Positions 1 through 12,518 of a stretch of 51,006 nt of DNA are shown here, one piece after another. The notes below the pieces were generated by a model. The model had not been told where the DNA came from and did no database searches. It was given only the letters and a program-made list of their open reading frames with translations. A program made the translations under genes and the position numbers. Position 1 is the first letter of the stretch. Each line of letters opens with the position of its first letter. Source of the stretch: Candidatus Magasanikbacteria bacterium RIFCSPLOWO2_12_FULL_43_12 (lineage in GTDB: Bacteria; Patescibacteriota; Patescibacteriia; Magasanikbacterales; UBA922); NCBI GenBank assembly GCA_001783065.1, contig MFQN01000018.1, forward strand, positions 1 to 51,006, in the 5' to 3' direction.

Positions 1-2073
1 ACCACTCTCGGCGACGTGGCTGGCGATACCATCACCATTAACGGCCGTCTTTCCGCTTTAAATGTTTCTGATGGTTCAACTGCTACGTCCTCATTGGCAA
101 ATAATTCTCTAACCGTTCGTCAAGTCATTGGCACATTTGATTCAGGCTACTTCAATGTTGACTCCTCCGGCAATATGAGCGCGTCAGGGACTTTAAATGT
201 AGCGGTGGGAGGAGCAGTTGCTTCAACTTCAACCTCTAATGGCGGATGGATTCTTGGAAATGCCGGTGTGGCATCTGCCAAACTTTATATAGGTTCAGTT
301 GGGGATGGAACCGGTGGAAATTATCCGGGACTTTGGATGGGTCAAGCGACCCCTTCCCTTACTAATTACGCTTTTTTAGTAACTGGTTCTGACTCCATAT
401 TTAATGCGCCGACTGGTGAAAATATATTCTTTCGCATTAACAACGCTAATAAAATGACAATGGATGGTACCGGCCAACTATCTGTTGGCGTAGATGGCGC
501 TGCCGGACTTTTTGCTTTGGGGAAATTTTATATTAACTCCTCCGGCAATGTCTCAACTTCCGGCACTCTGTCTTTTACTGCCACTGCTGGCGGCGTTGTC
601 TCTTCCACAGCTAATACTTTGCGTTTGGTGGGAACACCCTCTGGCACTAATAATGATTTTGAATTTTGGAATGGATTGGGAGTCTCAACAAGATTCCTTG
701 GTTTTCAATATGCTGCCAGCGGCGCTAAAGCCAGCACCACCATTACTTCTTATATCTCTAATTCTGCTGGTTCAGCCGGTTTTGTCTTGAATACTGTTGC
801 TGGAGGCGGAACCATGACTTCTTCCACCGTGCTTGACCGGGCTTTGTTGGCAGTACAGAACAATGGTGTCAATCAGTTTGTGGTCGGTGCCGGCGGTAAT
901 GTTTACGCTGATGAAAGTTTCATTGCCAACTCTACCGATTACGGCATTGCCGATATGGCCGAGTATGTTAATCTAACAACCGGTGAAACCGGCGAACCCG
1001 GCGATGTGCTGGTGGTTGATATGAACAATCCAAATCAATACAAAAAATCGTCTTCCGCCTATACCAAAGAAATTGCCGGCGTTATCTCTGATACCGGCGC
1101 TTTCCTCATGGGCGCTTCTGGCGAAGGCCGCGTTCCTCTGGCCTTGGCCGGTTTGGTTAAAACCAAAGTAACAGATGAAAACGGCCCGATTGTGGTTGGT
1201 GATTATCTTGTTTCAGCTTCCAAACCCGGCTATGCCATGAGATACGACTCTGAATCCAATAAATCAGCCGGACTGGTGGGCATGGCTTTAGAACCATTGG
1301 CAGAAGGTGAAGGCAAAATAACTATTATGATTAATAAGGGGTTGGTTAACGGCGGCGGCAGTTCGGCTACGCTCACTGTAAACGAAGAAAGTGATGGAAC
1401 ACTTACCAACAGTATTAGCTTAGATATACAAAACAAGAGTCTCTTGAGCGTCAGAGCCATCAACAACGAAGATAATCTGTGGTATATTGACGAAACCGGA
1501 CTCTTGGTTGCCAAAAACATAAAAGCGGACAGCGTGCAAGCGAAAAAATTTGTAGTGAAGAAAAATAATGATAATAAGCAGACCAGCGTCGGCGAAGCGA
1601 CAATTTTAAACAATTCAACATTGGTAAAAGTTGAAAACGAATTAGTAACGTCAAAAGTCAAAATCTTTATCACTTTCCGCTCAAACCCGAACGCTTTCTG
1701 GTGGATTTCCAAACAAGAGGAAGGAACGTTTGAAGTATCATTAAGCGAGCTTTCAGAAACCGATTTGACATTTGACTACTGGATCATCGGCACTGAAAAC
1801 GCTGATGAAGAATCGATGGCCGAAGACACAACACAAACGACCAACGAAACTGATACACAACCGGAGCAACCGGTAGAACCAACCGCAGAAGAAGCTGAAC
1901 CCGTCGCTCCAGCTGGAGAAACTGCCGAAACTGCCACGGATACAGAAACAGTAGCCGAAACTGCGCCGGAGACAGAAGAAGCGACTCCATCTGTGTCCGA
2001 AACACCTGCTGAATCCACGCCTGTGGAATCTTCCGAACAATTCCCTGCTCCGGCTGAAGGTGGTAGTTTATAA
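1..2073 (+). CDS. C-terminal part of a large Gly/Ser/Thr-rich surface or fibre protein with a tail-spike chaperone-like (peptidase G2/IMC-like) domain and an acidic Pro/Glu/Thr tail; 5'-truncated by the window edge
   Basis: Frame is open from base 1. Beta-rich low-complexity repeats (FYINSSGNVSTSGTL, YFNVDSSGNMSASGTL). The ADMAEY...GDVLV...AGVIS...LALAG.V..KV..ENG.I..GD.L...PGYAM block resembles intramolecular chaperone domains. Confidence 0.6.
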   Translation, partial: TTLGDVAGDTITINGRLSALNVSDGSTATSSLANNSLTVRQVIGTFDSGYFNVDSSGNMSASGTLNVAVGGAVASTSTSNGGWILGNAGVASAKLYIGSVGDGTGGNYPGLWMGQATPSLTNYAFLVTGSDSIFNAPTGENIFFRINNANKMTMDGTGQLSVGVDGAAGLFALGKFYINSSGNVSTSGTLSFTATAGGVVSSTANTLRLVGTPSGTNNDFEFWNGLGVSTRFLGFQYAASGAKASTTITSYISNSAGSAGFVLNTVAGGGTMTSSTVLDRALLAVQNNGVNQFVVGAGGNVYADESFIANSTDYGIADMAEYVNLTTGETGEPGDVLVVDMNNPNQYKKSSSAYTKEIAGVISDTGAFLMGASGEGRVPLALAGLVKTKVTDENGPIVVGDYLVSASKPGYAMRYDSESNKSAGLVGMALEPLAEGEGKITIMINKGLVNGGGSSATLTVNEESDGTLTNSISLDIQNKSLLSVRAINNEDNLWYIDETGLLVAKNIKADSVQAKKFVVKKNNDNKQTSVGEATILNNSTLVKVENELVTSKVKIFITFRSNPNAFWWISKQEEGTFEVSLSELSETDLTFDYWIIGTENADEESMAEDTTQTTNETDTQPEQPVEPTAEEAEPVAPAGETAETATDTETVAETAPETEEATPSVSETPAESTPVESSEQFPAPAEGGSL

Positions 2074-2080
2074 TTATTCA

Positions 2081-2199
2081 AATACTAATTTAATACCAAT
2101 ATACTAATGTACTAATAATACTAATAGTATACTAATTTTTTCATCAAAGGGTATTAGTATCCATTAGTATCATTAGTACTCTATTCGTATATTAGTATT
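2081..2199. repeat. Palindromic short-tandem-repeat element, copy 1 (ATACTAAT arm, core, ATTAGTAT arm)
   Basis: Degenerate 8-9-bp units in two inverted arms; second copy at 13250-13354. Confidence 0.85.
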
Positions 2200-2207
2200 T
2201 TCATTTT

Positions 2208-4511
2208 ATGGAAACACGTTTCACCAAAGTCCTGTCCGGTCTAACTAAATTCAGCCTATACACGCTGGTTTTTTTAATCCCCCTGTTCGTTCTGCCTTTT
2301 ACTCAAGAAACGCGAGAGTTGAATAAATATTTCCTCCTCTATTTTTTCACTTTTCTCGCCCTCCTCTGCTGGCTTGGCAGTTCAGTCCTGAAAAAAACCT
2401 TTGAAATCAGACGCACGCCGCTGGATATCCCGCTTTTTATTTTTTGGGTGATATTTCTCGTCGCGTCAATTCTGTCGCAAGACAAATACCAAAGCTTTTT
2501 TGGCGATTTTGGTTTTCTTGGGATTTCTTTCATTGGTTTAACCGCTTTCATCTTATTCTATTTCTTAACCGTCCAAACACTAAATAAGTTGCCTCAAATT
2601 TTCGGCGTTGTCTATCTTTTTTTGCTGTCCAACACCATTGCCGCCGCATACTTCATTCTTTACAATCTCCGTTTATTTTCTTGGCCGAATTTCCTGCCGC
2701 AATTCAATCCTGTCAACGGCTCAAACACTCTGTGGGGAGCATATTTGGTTGTAACTTTCATTTTATCGCTCGGTTTGCTAACTATCAAAAAGAAAACGAT
2801 AATCGCGGATATCTGCCTGATAATTCCAATGGTAATTTCTTTGGCCGCGCTTACCACTTTAGGATTCCGGGTAGTGTGGATTATCGCCGCCGCCGCGGTT
2901 TTTCTCCTCTTGGTTTTCTTCTTAACTTACGCGGACAAAATCCGCACCGTTTGGACGTCGGTAGCATTCGCCATATTGGTCATTGCCTTGATTTTTATAT
3001 TCTTAAACGTGCCACGTTTTCTCACCGCTGAACTTCCGGCAGAAATTTCTTTATCTAGTGGAACATCATTCCAAATATCCTTTGACACCGTTACTGCAAG
3101 CGCCAAAAATTTCCTCTTTGGCACCGGTCCAGGCACTTTTATGTTTGATTTCTCCAAATATCGGCCAGTTGACTTTAACAACAACTTGCTCTGGAATGTC
3201 CGATTCCCGCAATCGCACGACAGTTTATTTGACTTGGCGGCAACCACAGGTATACTTGGCGCTCTTAGCTTTATCCTTTTAATCCTGACCGCTTTGGGTC
3301 TGATGTTAAGCACATGGCTAAAACATTTGCTGACTTTAAAAAAACGCCGTGTTGCCGAGACACGAGAAGAAGAGGTTGTTGGCGCGTTTGAAAAATCTCC
3401 TTTGATTTTTTGGAGTATTGCCGCCAGCTGGCTTACTCTGCTGATTACTTTTCCTCTAATGAATTTCGGCATGGCGCATTGGTTCGCTTTTTGGCTGTTT
3501 CTTGGGTTAATCGTTAATGCCAGCGCCCTTTTAGTAAAGGTTGAATTTCCTACCCAGCACATTTCCCTTAAAGCCACGCCTGAATTCGCCTTAGCCACTT
3601 CTTTCGGCTTTATTCTTATTTTCACAGCCATTATCGTTACGGGCATTTATTTAGGCCGTTATTTTGCGGCAGAGATCGTGTTTGCCAAAACTGTTAATCA
3701 GTCGATAGACCAGCGCATCAGCGCTCTAAATAAAATCGTCAGCTGGAATCCTCATCGCATCACTCTCCATCTCGCTTTAGCTGAAGCTTTTTTGAACAAA
3801 GCGACAGAAACGGCTGACAAGACAAAAGATGCTACCCAGGTTGGTAATCTGGTGGCTTCGGCCGTACAGTCCGCCAAAAACGCCACCAACTTATCGCCAA
3901 ATAACATCGCCAGCTGGGAAAACCTCGCTACTATGTATGCCAACGCTCAAGCAATAACACCTGAAGCCAGCGGCTGGACGATAACCGCGCTGGAGCAAGC
4001 GCTGATATTGGAACCTACCAATCCGTCTCTTTATGTGGCTATGGGCGACGCTTTTGTTATGAAAAAGGATAATGCCGCGGCCAAAAAAAACTTTGAAACC
4101 TCGGTTTCTCTAAAACCAAATTTTTTGATAGGATATATGCGCTTGGCGTTATTGAGAGAAATTGAAAAAGATTTGGACGGCAGTATTGCCGCGCTGGAAA
4201 ACGGGCTGTCTTACGGCATACAAGATCCGATTTATGTTTTTCAGTTGGGCAGGTACTACTTCAATCGTGGAAAAGAAAACGACAACGCGCAGGCGGAACT
4301 TGCTTTCAAAAAAGCTATCGCGTTGCAGCCGAATTACGTTGACGCGATATATGCTTTGGCTATGCTGTATGAAAACAATAACATAAAAAAAGAAGCTCTG
4401 ACTCTTTATCAAAGAGCGCTTCAGCTCGTTCCCGGCAATCAGGAAATTAAAAATAGAATCAATCGGTTAAAAAATAGCGAGGCTCCCCCGCCGGCGCCTT
4501 CTAATCCATAA
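2208..4511 (+). CDS. O-antigen ligase (Wzy_C)-like polytopic membrane protein with C-terminal TPR repeats
   Basis: About 12 hydrophobic helices, a FLFGTGPGTF...SHDSLFDLAATTGILG ligase-like motif and TPR-like helices at the C-terminus. Confidence 0.75.
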   Translation: METRFTKVLSGLTKFSLYTLVFLIPLFVLPFTQETRELNKYFLLYFFTFLALLCWLGSSVLKKTFEIRRTPLDIPLFIFWVIFLVASILSQDKYQSFFGDFGFLGISFIGLTAFILFYFLTVQTLNKLPQIFGVVYLFLLSNTIAAAYFILYNLRLFSWPNFLPQFNPVNGSNTLWGAYLVVTFILSLGLLTIKKKTIIADICLIIPMVISLAALTTLGFRVVWIIAAAAVFLLLVFFLTYADKIRTVWTSVAFAILVIALIFIFLNVPRFLTAELPAEISLSSGTSFQISFDTVTASAKNFLFGTGPGTFMFDFSKYRPVDFNNNLLWNVRFPQSHDSLFDLAATTGILGALSFILLILTALGLMLSTWLKHLLTLKKRRVAETREEEVVGAFEKSPLIFWSIAASWLTLLITFPLMNFGMAHWFAFWLFLGLIVNASALLVKVEFPTQHISLKATPEFALATSFGFILIFTAIIVTGIYLGRYFAAEIVFAKTVNQSIDQRISALNKIVSWNPHRITLHLALAEAFLNKATETADKTKDATQVGNLVASAVQSAKNATNLSPNNIASWENLATMYANAQAITPEASGWTITALEQALILEPTNPSLYVAMGDAFVMKKDNAAAKKNFETSVSLKPNFLIGYMRLALLREIEKDLDGSIAALENGLSYGIQDPIYVFQLGRYYFNRGKENDNAQAELAFKKAIALQPNYVDAIYALAMLYENNNIKKEALTLYQRALQLVPGNQEIKNRINRLKNSEAPPPAPSNP

Positions 4512-4548
4512 CGCGAGCGAACACCTCCCTTGTTCCTCCCTTCGCAGG

Positions 4549-5148
4549 TCAAACCGGCTCTTCATAAAATACCGGCTCTTCTTCCAACAATGATTCTTCT
4601 TTCCAACCGCCACCCTCAAGATTTTTAATCAAAGGAATCGGGGTAGTTTTTTGTTCTGAACCGAATGGTACGTCTTCAATCTTTATTTCACTGCTACTGC
4701 CAGCGCTCATAAAACTTCCGCGGTCAATTTCCTCTTCTTCGTCTTCATCAATATCATCAGAATCAAAATCCTCACCCCGCTGTTTACCGTAACGATTCTC
4801 CAGCACAGCGCCGGCGCTATGCCATGCCGAAGTCTGGCTGTCCATTTCTTGAAACGGATCAAACGGCGAAGCGGAATCTAATTCTTCATCCCAAGCCAAT
4901 TCCCTGTCCCATTTTTCTTCCTCTTCCTGCCTCGCGCGCCAGATGCTGATATCGCGGTTAATTTTTCCCAACATTTCACTGCCGGATAAATCGCGAAAGT
5001 CAGAATCAAAATTTTTATCAGCCAAAACCAAACGCTCAAATTCATCAATTCCCAATATTACTAAATCTCTCCCCTCCATTGGATCGTGCACGATTAATTT
5101 ACTTCCGGTTTGTTTTGCCAAGTCTATTAAACGGTCGAGTGAGGACAT
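4549..5148 (-). CDS. Hypothetical acidic protein
   Basis: 199-aa ORF with ATG start and a very D/E-rich C-terminal half; sigma70-like TTGACT...TATAAT upstream. Confidence 0.65.
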   Translation of the reverse strand: MSSLDRLIDLAKQTGSKLIVHDPMEGRDLVILGIDEFERLVLADKNFDSDFRDLSGSEMLGKINRDISIWRARQEEEEKWDRELAWDEELDSASPFDPFQEMDSQTSAWHSAGAVLENRYGKQRGEDFDSDDIDEDEEEEIDRGSFMSAGSSSEIKIEDVPFGSEQKTTPIPLIKNLEGGGWKEESLLEEEPVFYEEPV

Positions 5149-5207
5149 AGAAATAAAATTAAATTTACTGCTGATATTATATAGGCTGGCGGAAAATGAG
5201 TCAAGAA

Positions 5208-5238
5208 CAAAAATTCCCCCGCTATGCGGGAGAATTTT
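5208..5238 (-). terminator. Intrinsic terminator closing the 16S transcription unit
   Basis: Minus strand reads AAAATTCTCCCGC-ATA-GCGGGGGAATTTTT. Confidence 0.7.
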
Positions 5239-5243
5239 AAGTT

Positions 5244-7035
<1,792 letters not shown>

Positions 7036-7225
7036 TATAGAATGTGTTTTGATGGTAATTTTAAATTGTAATGTACATTCTCTCCCTTGGCTCGCCAAAG
7101 GCGGCTTTAAAGAAAGAAAAAAGAGGAAGCCATTCTGACTTACTCTTTTCTCTTTCCAGTATCCTTAATTTTGATTGGGACTTAGAAGAATGGTTAGTTG
7201 TAAAAATAGCTTATTTAGCCTGCTA

Positions 7226-7254
7226 ATTGTATATGCTATCGCCAAGCCTGTCAA
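7226..7254 (-). promoter_or_regulatory. Sigma70 promoter of the 16S gene
   Basis: TTGACA-17 nt-TACAAT on the minus strand. Confidence 0.75.
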
Positions 7255-7277
7255 TAGAGAGATATACACAGGAAACC

Positions 7278-7374
7278 CACAACACAAAACACAGTTAACA
7301 TAACACATAATTGCGGGCTTGAGGCGCCACGTGTATCGTAATTGTGTTTTGTTAATTGGGTTCTGGGTTCTGAT
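7278..7374. repeat. Palindromic 7-mer repeat element (AACACAA / TGTGTTC type) overlapping the trmD stop codon
   Basis: Inverted arms; a single related arm at 12587-12622. Confidence 0.7.
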
Positions 7375-8089
7375 TTCGCCGCCATTTCTTTATCTCCCCA
7401 TGATTGCCACTCAACAGTATCTCCGGCACTTTCCAACCCATAAACTCCGCAGGTTTTGTGTATTGCGGATACTCTTTCACTACATCACTTGAACACCTCA
7501 TCACCTCATCACTTTTGTCTACAATCGGTGATGCAGTGATGCAGTGATGCAGTGATGCAGTGTTATGTGTCTCTTCTTCCAAACTCTCCTCATTCCCCAA
7601 CACCCCCGGTATCAATCTTGACACCGCTTCAATAATAACTAAAGCTCCAAGCTCGCCACCGGCCAACACATACGGCCCGACAGAAACTTCCTCATCAACC
7701 ATATAATCAACCACGCGCTGATCCACGCCTTCATAACGTCCGCAAACAAAGGTTATCTCTTTCATTTTTGATAATTTCTCCGCCATTCTCTGATCAAACT
7801 GCCTGCCTCTTGGCGACAACAAAATTGTCTTTTTTTTGACTTTATGGACTTTTGACTTTAAAGACTTTACGGACTTCAACGCTTTATAAACCGGTTCCGG
7901 TTTCATCACCATCCCCGGTCCACCGCCATACGGCGTGTCATCTGTTTTTTTATGTTTATCTTCCGCAAAATCGCGCAAATTAACCGTGTTAATTTTTATT
8001 AAATTATTCTTCCGCGCCCGTCCTAAAATTGACTCATCGCAGTAGGAGTTTATGATATTGGGAAAAATTGTGATGATGTTAAATTTCAC
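7352..8089 (-). CDS. trmD: tRNA (guanine37-N1)-methyltransferase with repeat-derived insertions
   Basis: DDTPYGGGPGMVMK, LLSPRG, CGRYEGVDQRV, VSVGPYVLAGGE and EYPQYT motifs; GTG start. Confidence 0.97.
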   Translation of the reverse strand: MKFNIITIFPNIINSYCDESILGRARKNNLIKINTVNLRDFAEDKHKKTDDTPYGGGPGMVMKPEPVYKALKSVKSLKSKVHKVKKKTILLSPRGRQFDQRMAEKLSKMKEITFVCGRYEGVDQRVVDYMVDEEVSVGPYVLAGGELGALVIIEAVSRLIPGVLGNEESLEEETHNTASLHHCITASPIVDKSDEVMRCSSDVVKEYPQYTKPAEFMGWKVPEILLSGNHGEIKKWRRNQNPEPN

Positions 8090-8172
8090 AAGCGAAGGCT
8101 TGCGAAGCTAACGATGCTCACAAAGCTTACGAGGCATCGTGAGCCTTGTCGGCCTTGTTAGCTTGGTAAGCC
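8090..8172. repeat. Palindromic degenerate 9-mer repeat element (GCTnACGAn / CTTGTnAGC) between fusA and trmD
   Basis: gcttgcgaa gctaacgat gctcacaaa gcttacgag followed by inverted units cttgtcggc cttgttagc ttggtaagc. Confidence 0.6.
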
Positions 8173-8179
8173 CCGTATT

Positions 8180-10258
8180 TTATTTCTTCTTTCCACTCAC
8201 AATCTCCGCCTCAATATTTTTTGGCACTTCCGCGTAGTGGTCAAATTCCATGGTGTAAGAAGCGCGACCTTGAGACATAGATCGCAAAGAGGTGGCGTAA
8301 CCGAACATTGAGGCAAGCGGCACAATAGCTTTAACCACCTTCGCGGCGGCGCGGTCGCCCATTTCCTGAATTTGTCCGCGTTTGGCGGATAAATCGCCAA
8401 TAACATCGCCCATATATTGCTCCGGCATTATTACTTCCACTTTCATAATCGGTTCCAAAATCACCGGGTTGGCTTTTGCCGCGGCGACTCTAAACGCCAA
8501 AATACCGGCCATCTTAAAGGCTAATTCGGAAGAATCAACATCATGATAGCTGCCATCAAACACCGAGGCTTTAATATCCACCACCGGATAACCGGCGATA
8601 ATACCGCGGTTCAGCGCTTCTTTCACGCCTTTTTCAATTGGAGTGATAAACTCACGAGGGATGGTGCCGCCTCTGGTTTCATCAACAAATTCAAAACCCT
8701 TGCCGCGTTCCATCGGCTCCAAACGCAGCCAGCAGTGGCCATATTGACCGCGTCCGCCTGACTGTTTGATATGTTTGCCTTCGCCTTCGGCTGTTTGTCT
8801 GATGGTTTCTTTGTAAGCAACCTGCGGCGCGCCGACATTGGCTTCAACTTTAAACTCGCGGCGCATGCGGTCAACGATAATATCCAAATGCAATTCACCC
8901 ATGCCGGAAATAATTGTTTGTAAAGTTTCAACATCAGTATGAATGCGAAATGTCGGATCTTCTTCCGCCAGCTTCTGCATGGCCATTCCCATCTTTTCAG
9001 CGTCTGCCTTGCTGTTTGGTTCAATCGCCACGGAAATAACCGGTTCCGGAAAAACAATCTTTTCTAACAACACCGGATGATTTTCATCGCAAAGAGTATC
9101 GCCGGTAGTCGTTGCTTTCAAACCGATCGCGGCCGCGATTTCACCGGCATACACATCGTTCACATCTTCGCGGGAATTAGCGTGCATACGCACGATACGG
9201 CTGATTCTCTCTTTCTCGCCATTGGAAGAATTTAAAAGATAGCTGCCGGAAGTCAATTTTCCCGAATAAACGCGAAAAAATGTCAATCTGCCGACAAAAG
9301 GATCGGTCGCGACCTTAAATGCCAAGGCCGCGAACGGCTTTTCGTCATCAGCTTTAATCGTAATTGTTTTCCCCTCATCGTCCGGATCATGCGCCACAAC
9401 ATCCGGCACATCCAACGGTGATGGTAAAAAATATACAACGCCATCCAATACTCTTTGCACTCCGATATTTTGCAAAGCGCTGCCGGTAAACACCGGATAC
9501 ATTTCGTCAGTCAAAACCAACTTACGAATCGCTCGCCTGATTTCATCCGAAGTCAAATCATTTTTTTCTAAATATTTATTCATTGTGGCTTCATCGGCTT
9601 CCGCCACTTTTTCCAAAAGCTTAGCGCGGTACTGTTGAGCTTGATCAACTAAATCCGTTGGAATATCAAACTCGGTGATATTCATTCCGTGGTCGCCCTC
9701 AAACTTAACCGCTTTCATGTCAATTAAATCAATCAAACCGCCAAATGTTGACTCGGCGCCAATTGGCAATTGCACCGCGAACGCTTTTGGCGACAAACGT
9801 TCTTGAATGGAAGCTAAACTCATGTAAAAATCCGCGCCCATCTTGTCCATTTTATTTATAAAACAAACTCGCGGCACCTTATATTTATCCGCCTGGCGCC
9901 AAACAGTTTCTGATTGCGGCTCTACGCCTTGTGAGCCGTCAAACACCGCTACCGCGCCGTCAAGCACGCGCAAAGAGCGCTCCACCTCAACCGTAAAATC
10001 CACGTGGCCGGGGGTATCAATAATATTGATGCGGTGATCTTTCCAAAAACAAGTGGTGGCGGCGGAAGTAATGGTAATGCCGCGCTCTTTCTCTTGCTCC
10101 ATCCAGTCCATCGTGGCCTCGCCGTCATGCACTTCGCCGATTTTATGTTTCTTGCCGGTATAAAAAAGCACGCGCTCGGTGACGGTTGTCTTGCCGGCGT
10201 CAATGTGGGCCATGATGCCGATATTTCTGGTTTTGTCTAATGAATATTCTCGGGGCAT
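8180..10258 (-). CDS. fusA: Elongation factor G
   Basis: [43 protein letters not shown]. Confidence 0.99.
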   Translation of the reverse strand: MPREYSLDKTRNIGIMAHIDAGKTTVTERVLFYTGKKHKIGEVHDGEATMDWMEQEKERGITITSAATTCFWKDHRINIIDTPGHVDFTVEVERSLRVLDGAVAVFDGSQGVEPQSETVWRQADKYKVPRVCFINKMDKMGADFYMSLASIQERLSPKAFAVQLPIGAESTFGGLIDLIDMKAVKFEGDHGMNITEFDIPTDLVDQAQQYRAKLLEKVAEADEATMNKYLEKNDLTSDEIRRAIRKLVLTDEMYPVFTGSALQNIGVQRVLDGVVYFLPSPLDVPDVVAHDPDDEGKTITIKADDEKPFAALAFKVATDPFVGRLTFFRVYSGKLTSGSYLLNSSNGEKERISRIVRMHANSREDVNDVYAGEIAAAIGLKATTTGDTLCDENHPVLLEKIVFPEPVISVAIEPNSKADAEKMGMAMQKLAEEDPTFRIHTDVETLQTIISGMGELHLDIIVDRMRREFKVEANVGAPQVAYKETIRQTAEGEGKHIKQSGGRGQYGHCWLRLEPMERGKGFEFVDETRGGTIPREFITPIEKGVKEALNRGIIAGYPVVDIKASVFDGSYHDVDSSELAFKMAGILAFRVAAAKANPVILEPIMKVEVIMPEQYMGDVIGDLSAKRGQIQEMGDRAAAKVVKAIVPLASMFGYATSLRSMSQGRASYTMEFDHYAEVPKNIEAEIVSGKKK

Positions 10259-10311
10259 AATAAAATAAAAATTGAAAAATCAAAATGGAAAATTCAATAA
10301 CAAAAAAACGA

Positions 10312-10794
10312 TTAATTACGACGGCGAGCGAAATGAGCAAAGGCTTTGTTCGCCTCGGCCATGCGGTGAGTGTCTTCTTTTTTCTTAATCGCGCCGCCAG
10401 TCCCGGCCATCGCGTCCAACATTTCAGACGCCAAACAGTTTCGCATGCCGCCGCTTTTGCGCGCTTTAGCCGCGGCAATCAGCCAACGAAATGCCAGAGC
10501 ATTCTGGCGATCTGAAGAAACCGGCATTGGCACTTGATAATTGGCGCCGCCGACGCGGCGGGAACGGACTTCAACCGCTGGGCGAATCGCGTCCATCACT
10601 TCTTCAAACAATTTCACCATGTCTGTCGCCGGTTTTTTTTCTTTCAATATTTCTAGAGCGCCATAGACAATATCCTGCGCCACGGTCTTTTTGCCATTCT
10701 TCATAATTACATTGATAAATTTGGCAATAATAAGATTATTGAATCTTGAGTCCGGCGCTATGGTTCGCTTGGCTATTTGCTTGCTTCTCGGCAT
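10312..10794 (-). CDS. rpsG: 30S ribosomal protein S7
   Basis: VEVRSRRVGGANYQVP, HRMAEANKAFAHF. Confidence 0.99.
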   Translation of the reverse strand: MPRSKQIAKRTIAPDSRFNNLIIAKFINVIMKNGKKTVAQDIVYGALEILKEKKPATDMVKLFEEVMDAIRPAVEVRSRRVGGANYQVPMPVSSDRQNALAFRWLIAAAKARKSGGMRNCLASEMLDAMAGTGGAIKKKEDTHRMAEANKAFAHFARRRN

Positions 10795-10819
10795 AAATAA
10801 AAATTATTAAATGATTGGA

Positions 10820-11245
10820 TTACTTTTTGACTTTCGGTCGTTTGGCGCCGTAAACTGAACGACTGCGTTTGCGGCCTTCCACGCCTTGAGTGTCATAAAC
10901 ACCGCGTACAATATGATAACGCACGCCCGGCAAGTCTTTCACCCGTCCGCCGCGAATCAAAACAATGGAGTGTTCTTGTAGATTGTGACCCTCGCCCGGG
11001 ATATAAGCGATTACTTCAACGCCATTTGAAATTCTGACTTTCGCGACTTTACGCAAAGCGGAGTTCGGTTTTTTCGGCGTGGCAGTGTAAACTTTCAAAC
11101 ATACACCTCTTTTGAACGGCGCGCCGTGGCGCAATTCCGTTTTTTTGCGGTGCAAACTGTCATAAGTAAACTGCAAAGCCGGCACGCCGGACTTACTTGG
11201 CTTGTCCCTTCTCCCCTTGCGCAATAATTGGTTGATTGTTGGCAT
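10820..11245 (-). CDS. rpsL: 30S ribosomal protein S12 (start at MPTINQL)
   Basis: [36 protein letters not shown]. Confidence 0.99.
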   Translation of the reverse strand: MPTINQLLRKGRRDKPSKSGVPALQFTYDSLHRKKTELRHGAPFKRGVCLKVYTATPKKPNSALRKVAKVRISNGVEVIAYIPGEGHNLQEHSIVLIRGGRVKDLPGVRYHIVRGVYDTQGVEGRKRSRSVYGAKRPKVKK

Positions 11246-11409
11246 AACTCTAATTAAAAAATAAAAAATCAAAATTAAAAATGGCTTGCCAGCCATTTAC
11301 ACAACAATAAGAAATTTCACAATCTCTTAAAGCGTATAAATCAGCCAACCGGCGATTATCTTCCCCACGATCTAGTCGGGGGTACTCACGCAATTTTTAA
11401 GATGGCGAT

Positions 11410-11438
11410 ATTGTATATTATAATGAAAAAGTTGTCAA
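11410..11438 (-). promoter_or_regulatory. Sigma70 promoter of rpsL-rpsG-fusA
   Basis: TTGACA-17 nt-TACAAT, back to back with a plus-strand TTGACT at 11442. Confidence 0.65.
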
Positions 11439-11556
11439 CCATTGACTTTGGGGATAAGATCTAGTATAAAATAAACAGCTCTTTCCACTGTGGGAAGAAT
11501 GCCAAAAAAAAGTCTGGTGGTTTTAAGCGTCCGTGTTGGGCGCAGGAGGAAACAAA

Positions 11557-12399
11557 ATGCAGTTCACTAGAAGACACGCGTTCGGGATTGTGATCGGGGT
11601 CGCGGCGACGATCGTTGCCGCAAACGGGCTCAACATGTTTCTCAACTGGGAAACCGCGGCCATCGTCTGCGGACTCCTGCTCGGCCTGGAGGCTGGGTTC
11701 TGGTCCGGCTTCCCGGGGCTCACCTACGAGGTTCACGCGCGGATCTTCAATAGGCTGCTCACCAAGGAATTCTGGAGCGGGCTCGGGGAGGTTTTCGGTG
11801 TCGTCATCTTCTACGCGACCGCCATCGTTGGAATCGTCCTGTCCGCGTACACAGGAGTCGTGGCATCCAAATGGCTATACAACCAACAATGGCTACTCCA
11901 GCTGATGAACGAGGATGCCGGCATCAGCACAAGAGGGACAGAACCGTCCTGTCTGATCCTTGCAATCTTGCTGGCGTATGTTGCGGTGATGGGTCTGTCT
12001 AACGTGCTCAACCACCACTCGCACAAGCGCCTGAAATGCTGCCTGCTGCACATACCAATCAGCCTCGCCATTGGTCTGTTGGTACCGGTAGCGTTACCGG
12101 TACTCATCGTGGCTCTTGTTCTGGTAGCAGGCGCGGGCGTGATCATATCCGCCGGGATGATAGTTTACTGCCTGCTAACAGTCGCCGCGCGTCAAGAAGC
12201 GGCCACTATCACCGTCGGAGTGATTGTCGGAGGAATAAGCGGCTTGTGCTACGGCCGCTGGACACAACTCGCATTCGGGCCAACCACCCTCTCCATCATG
12301 GTCGGTGCGGCAGCTGGCTTGGCAAGCGCGTACGCGGCATACAGACTTGGACGTCTGTTGCCGACCGCCGACAAGCCGGCAACCGAAACCGCTTCATAA
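11557..12399 (+). CDS. GC-rich hypothetical multi-pass membrane protein (ORFan)
   Basis: AGGAGG SD upstream of ATG 11557; about 8 hydrophobic segments; visibly higher GC than the flanks. Confidence 0.7.
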   Translation: MQFTRRHAFGIVIGVAATIVAANGLNMFLNWETAAIVCGLLLGLEAGFWSGFPGLTYEVHARIFNRLLTKEFWSGLGEVFGVVIFYATAIVGIVLSAYTGVVASKWLYNQQWLLQLMNEDAGISTRGTEPSCLILAILLAYVAVMGLSNVLNHHSHKRLKCCLLHIPISLAIGLLVPVALPVLIVALVLVAGAGVIISAGMIVYCLLTVAARQEAATITVGVIVGGISGLCYGRWTQLAFGPTTLSIMVGAAAGLASAYAAYRLGRLLPTADKPATETAS

Positions 12400-12518
12400 C
12401 CCCCACCCACCACTGCCGCAGACAATACACAGCGCCTTCTTCACCTCGCGACCAACGCGAAGCAAAGAGGCCGGTATTGCCTGCGGAATACCCCGAGTAC
12501 TTTTTACAAAAAATATTC

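Noticed and set aside
1800-2070. Nucleotide repeats in the acidic tail of the first gene (GCCGAAACTGC twice)
   Set aside because: Explained by a low-complexity Glu/Thr/Ala/Pro linker with period 3, unlike the 7-9-bp elements.
2081-2199. Possible CRISPR array in the repeat tracts
   Set aside because: Units are 7-9 bp, degenerate and contiguous, with no unique spacers and no cas genes.
12393-12490. Integron attC site after the GC-rich ORFan
   Set aside because: No matching RYYYAAC/GTTRRRY pair bounds the hairpin, and there is no integrase or cassette array.
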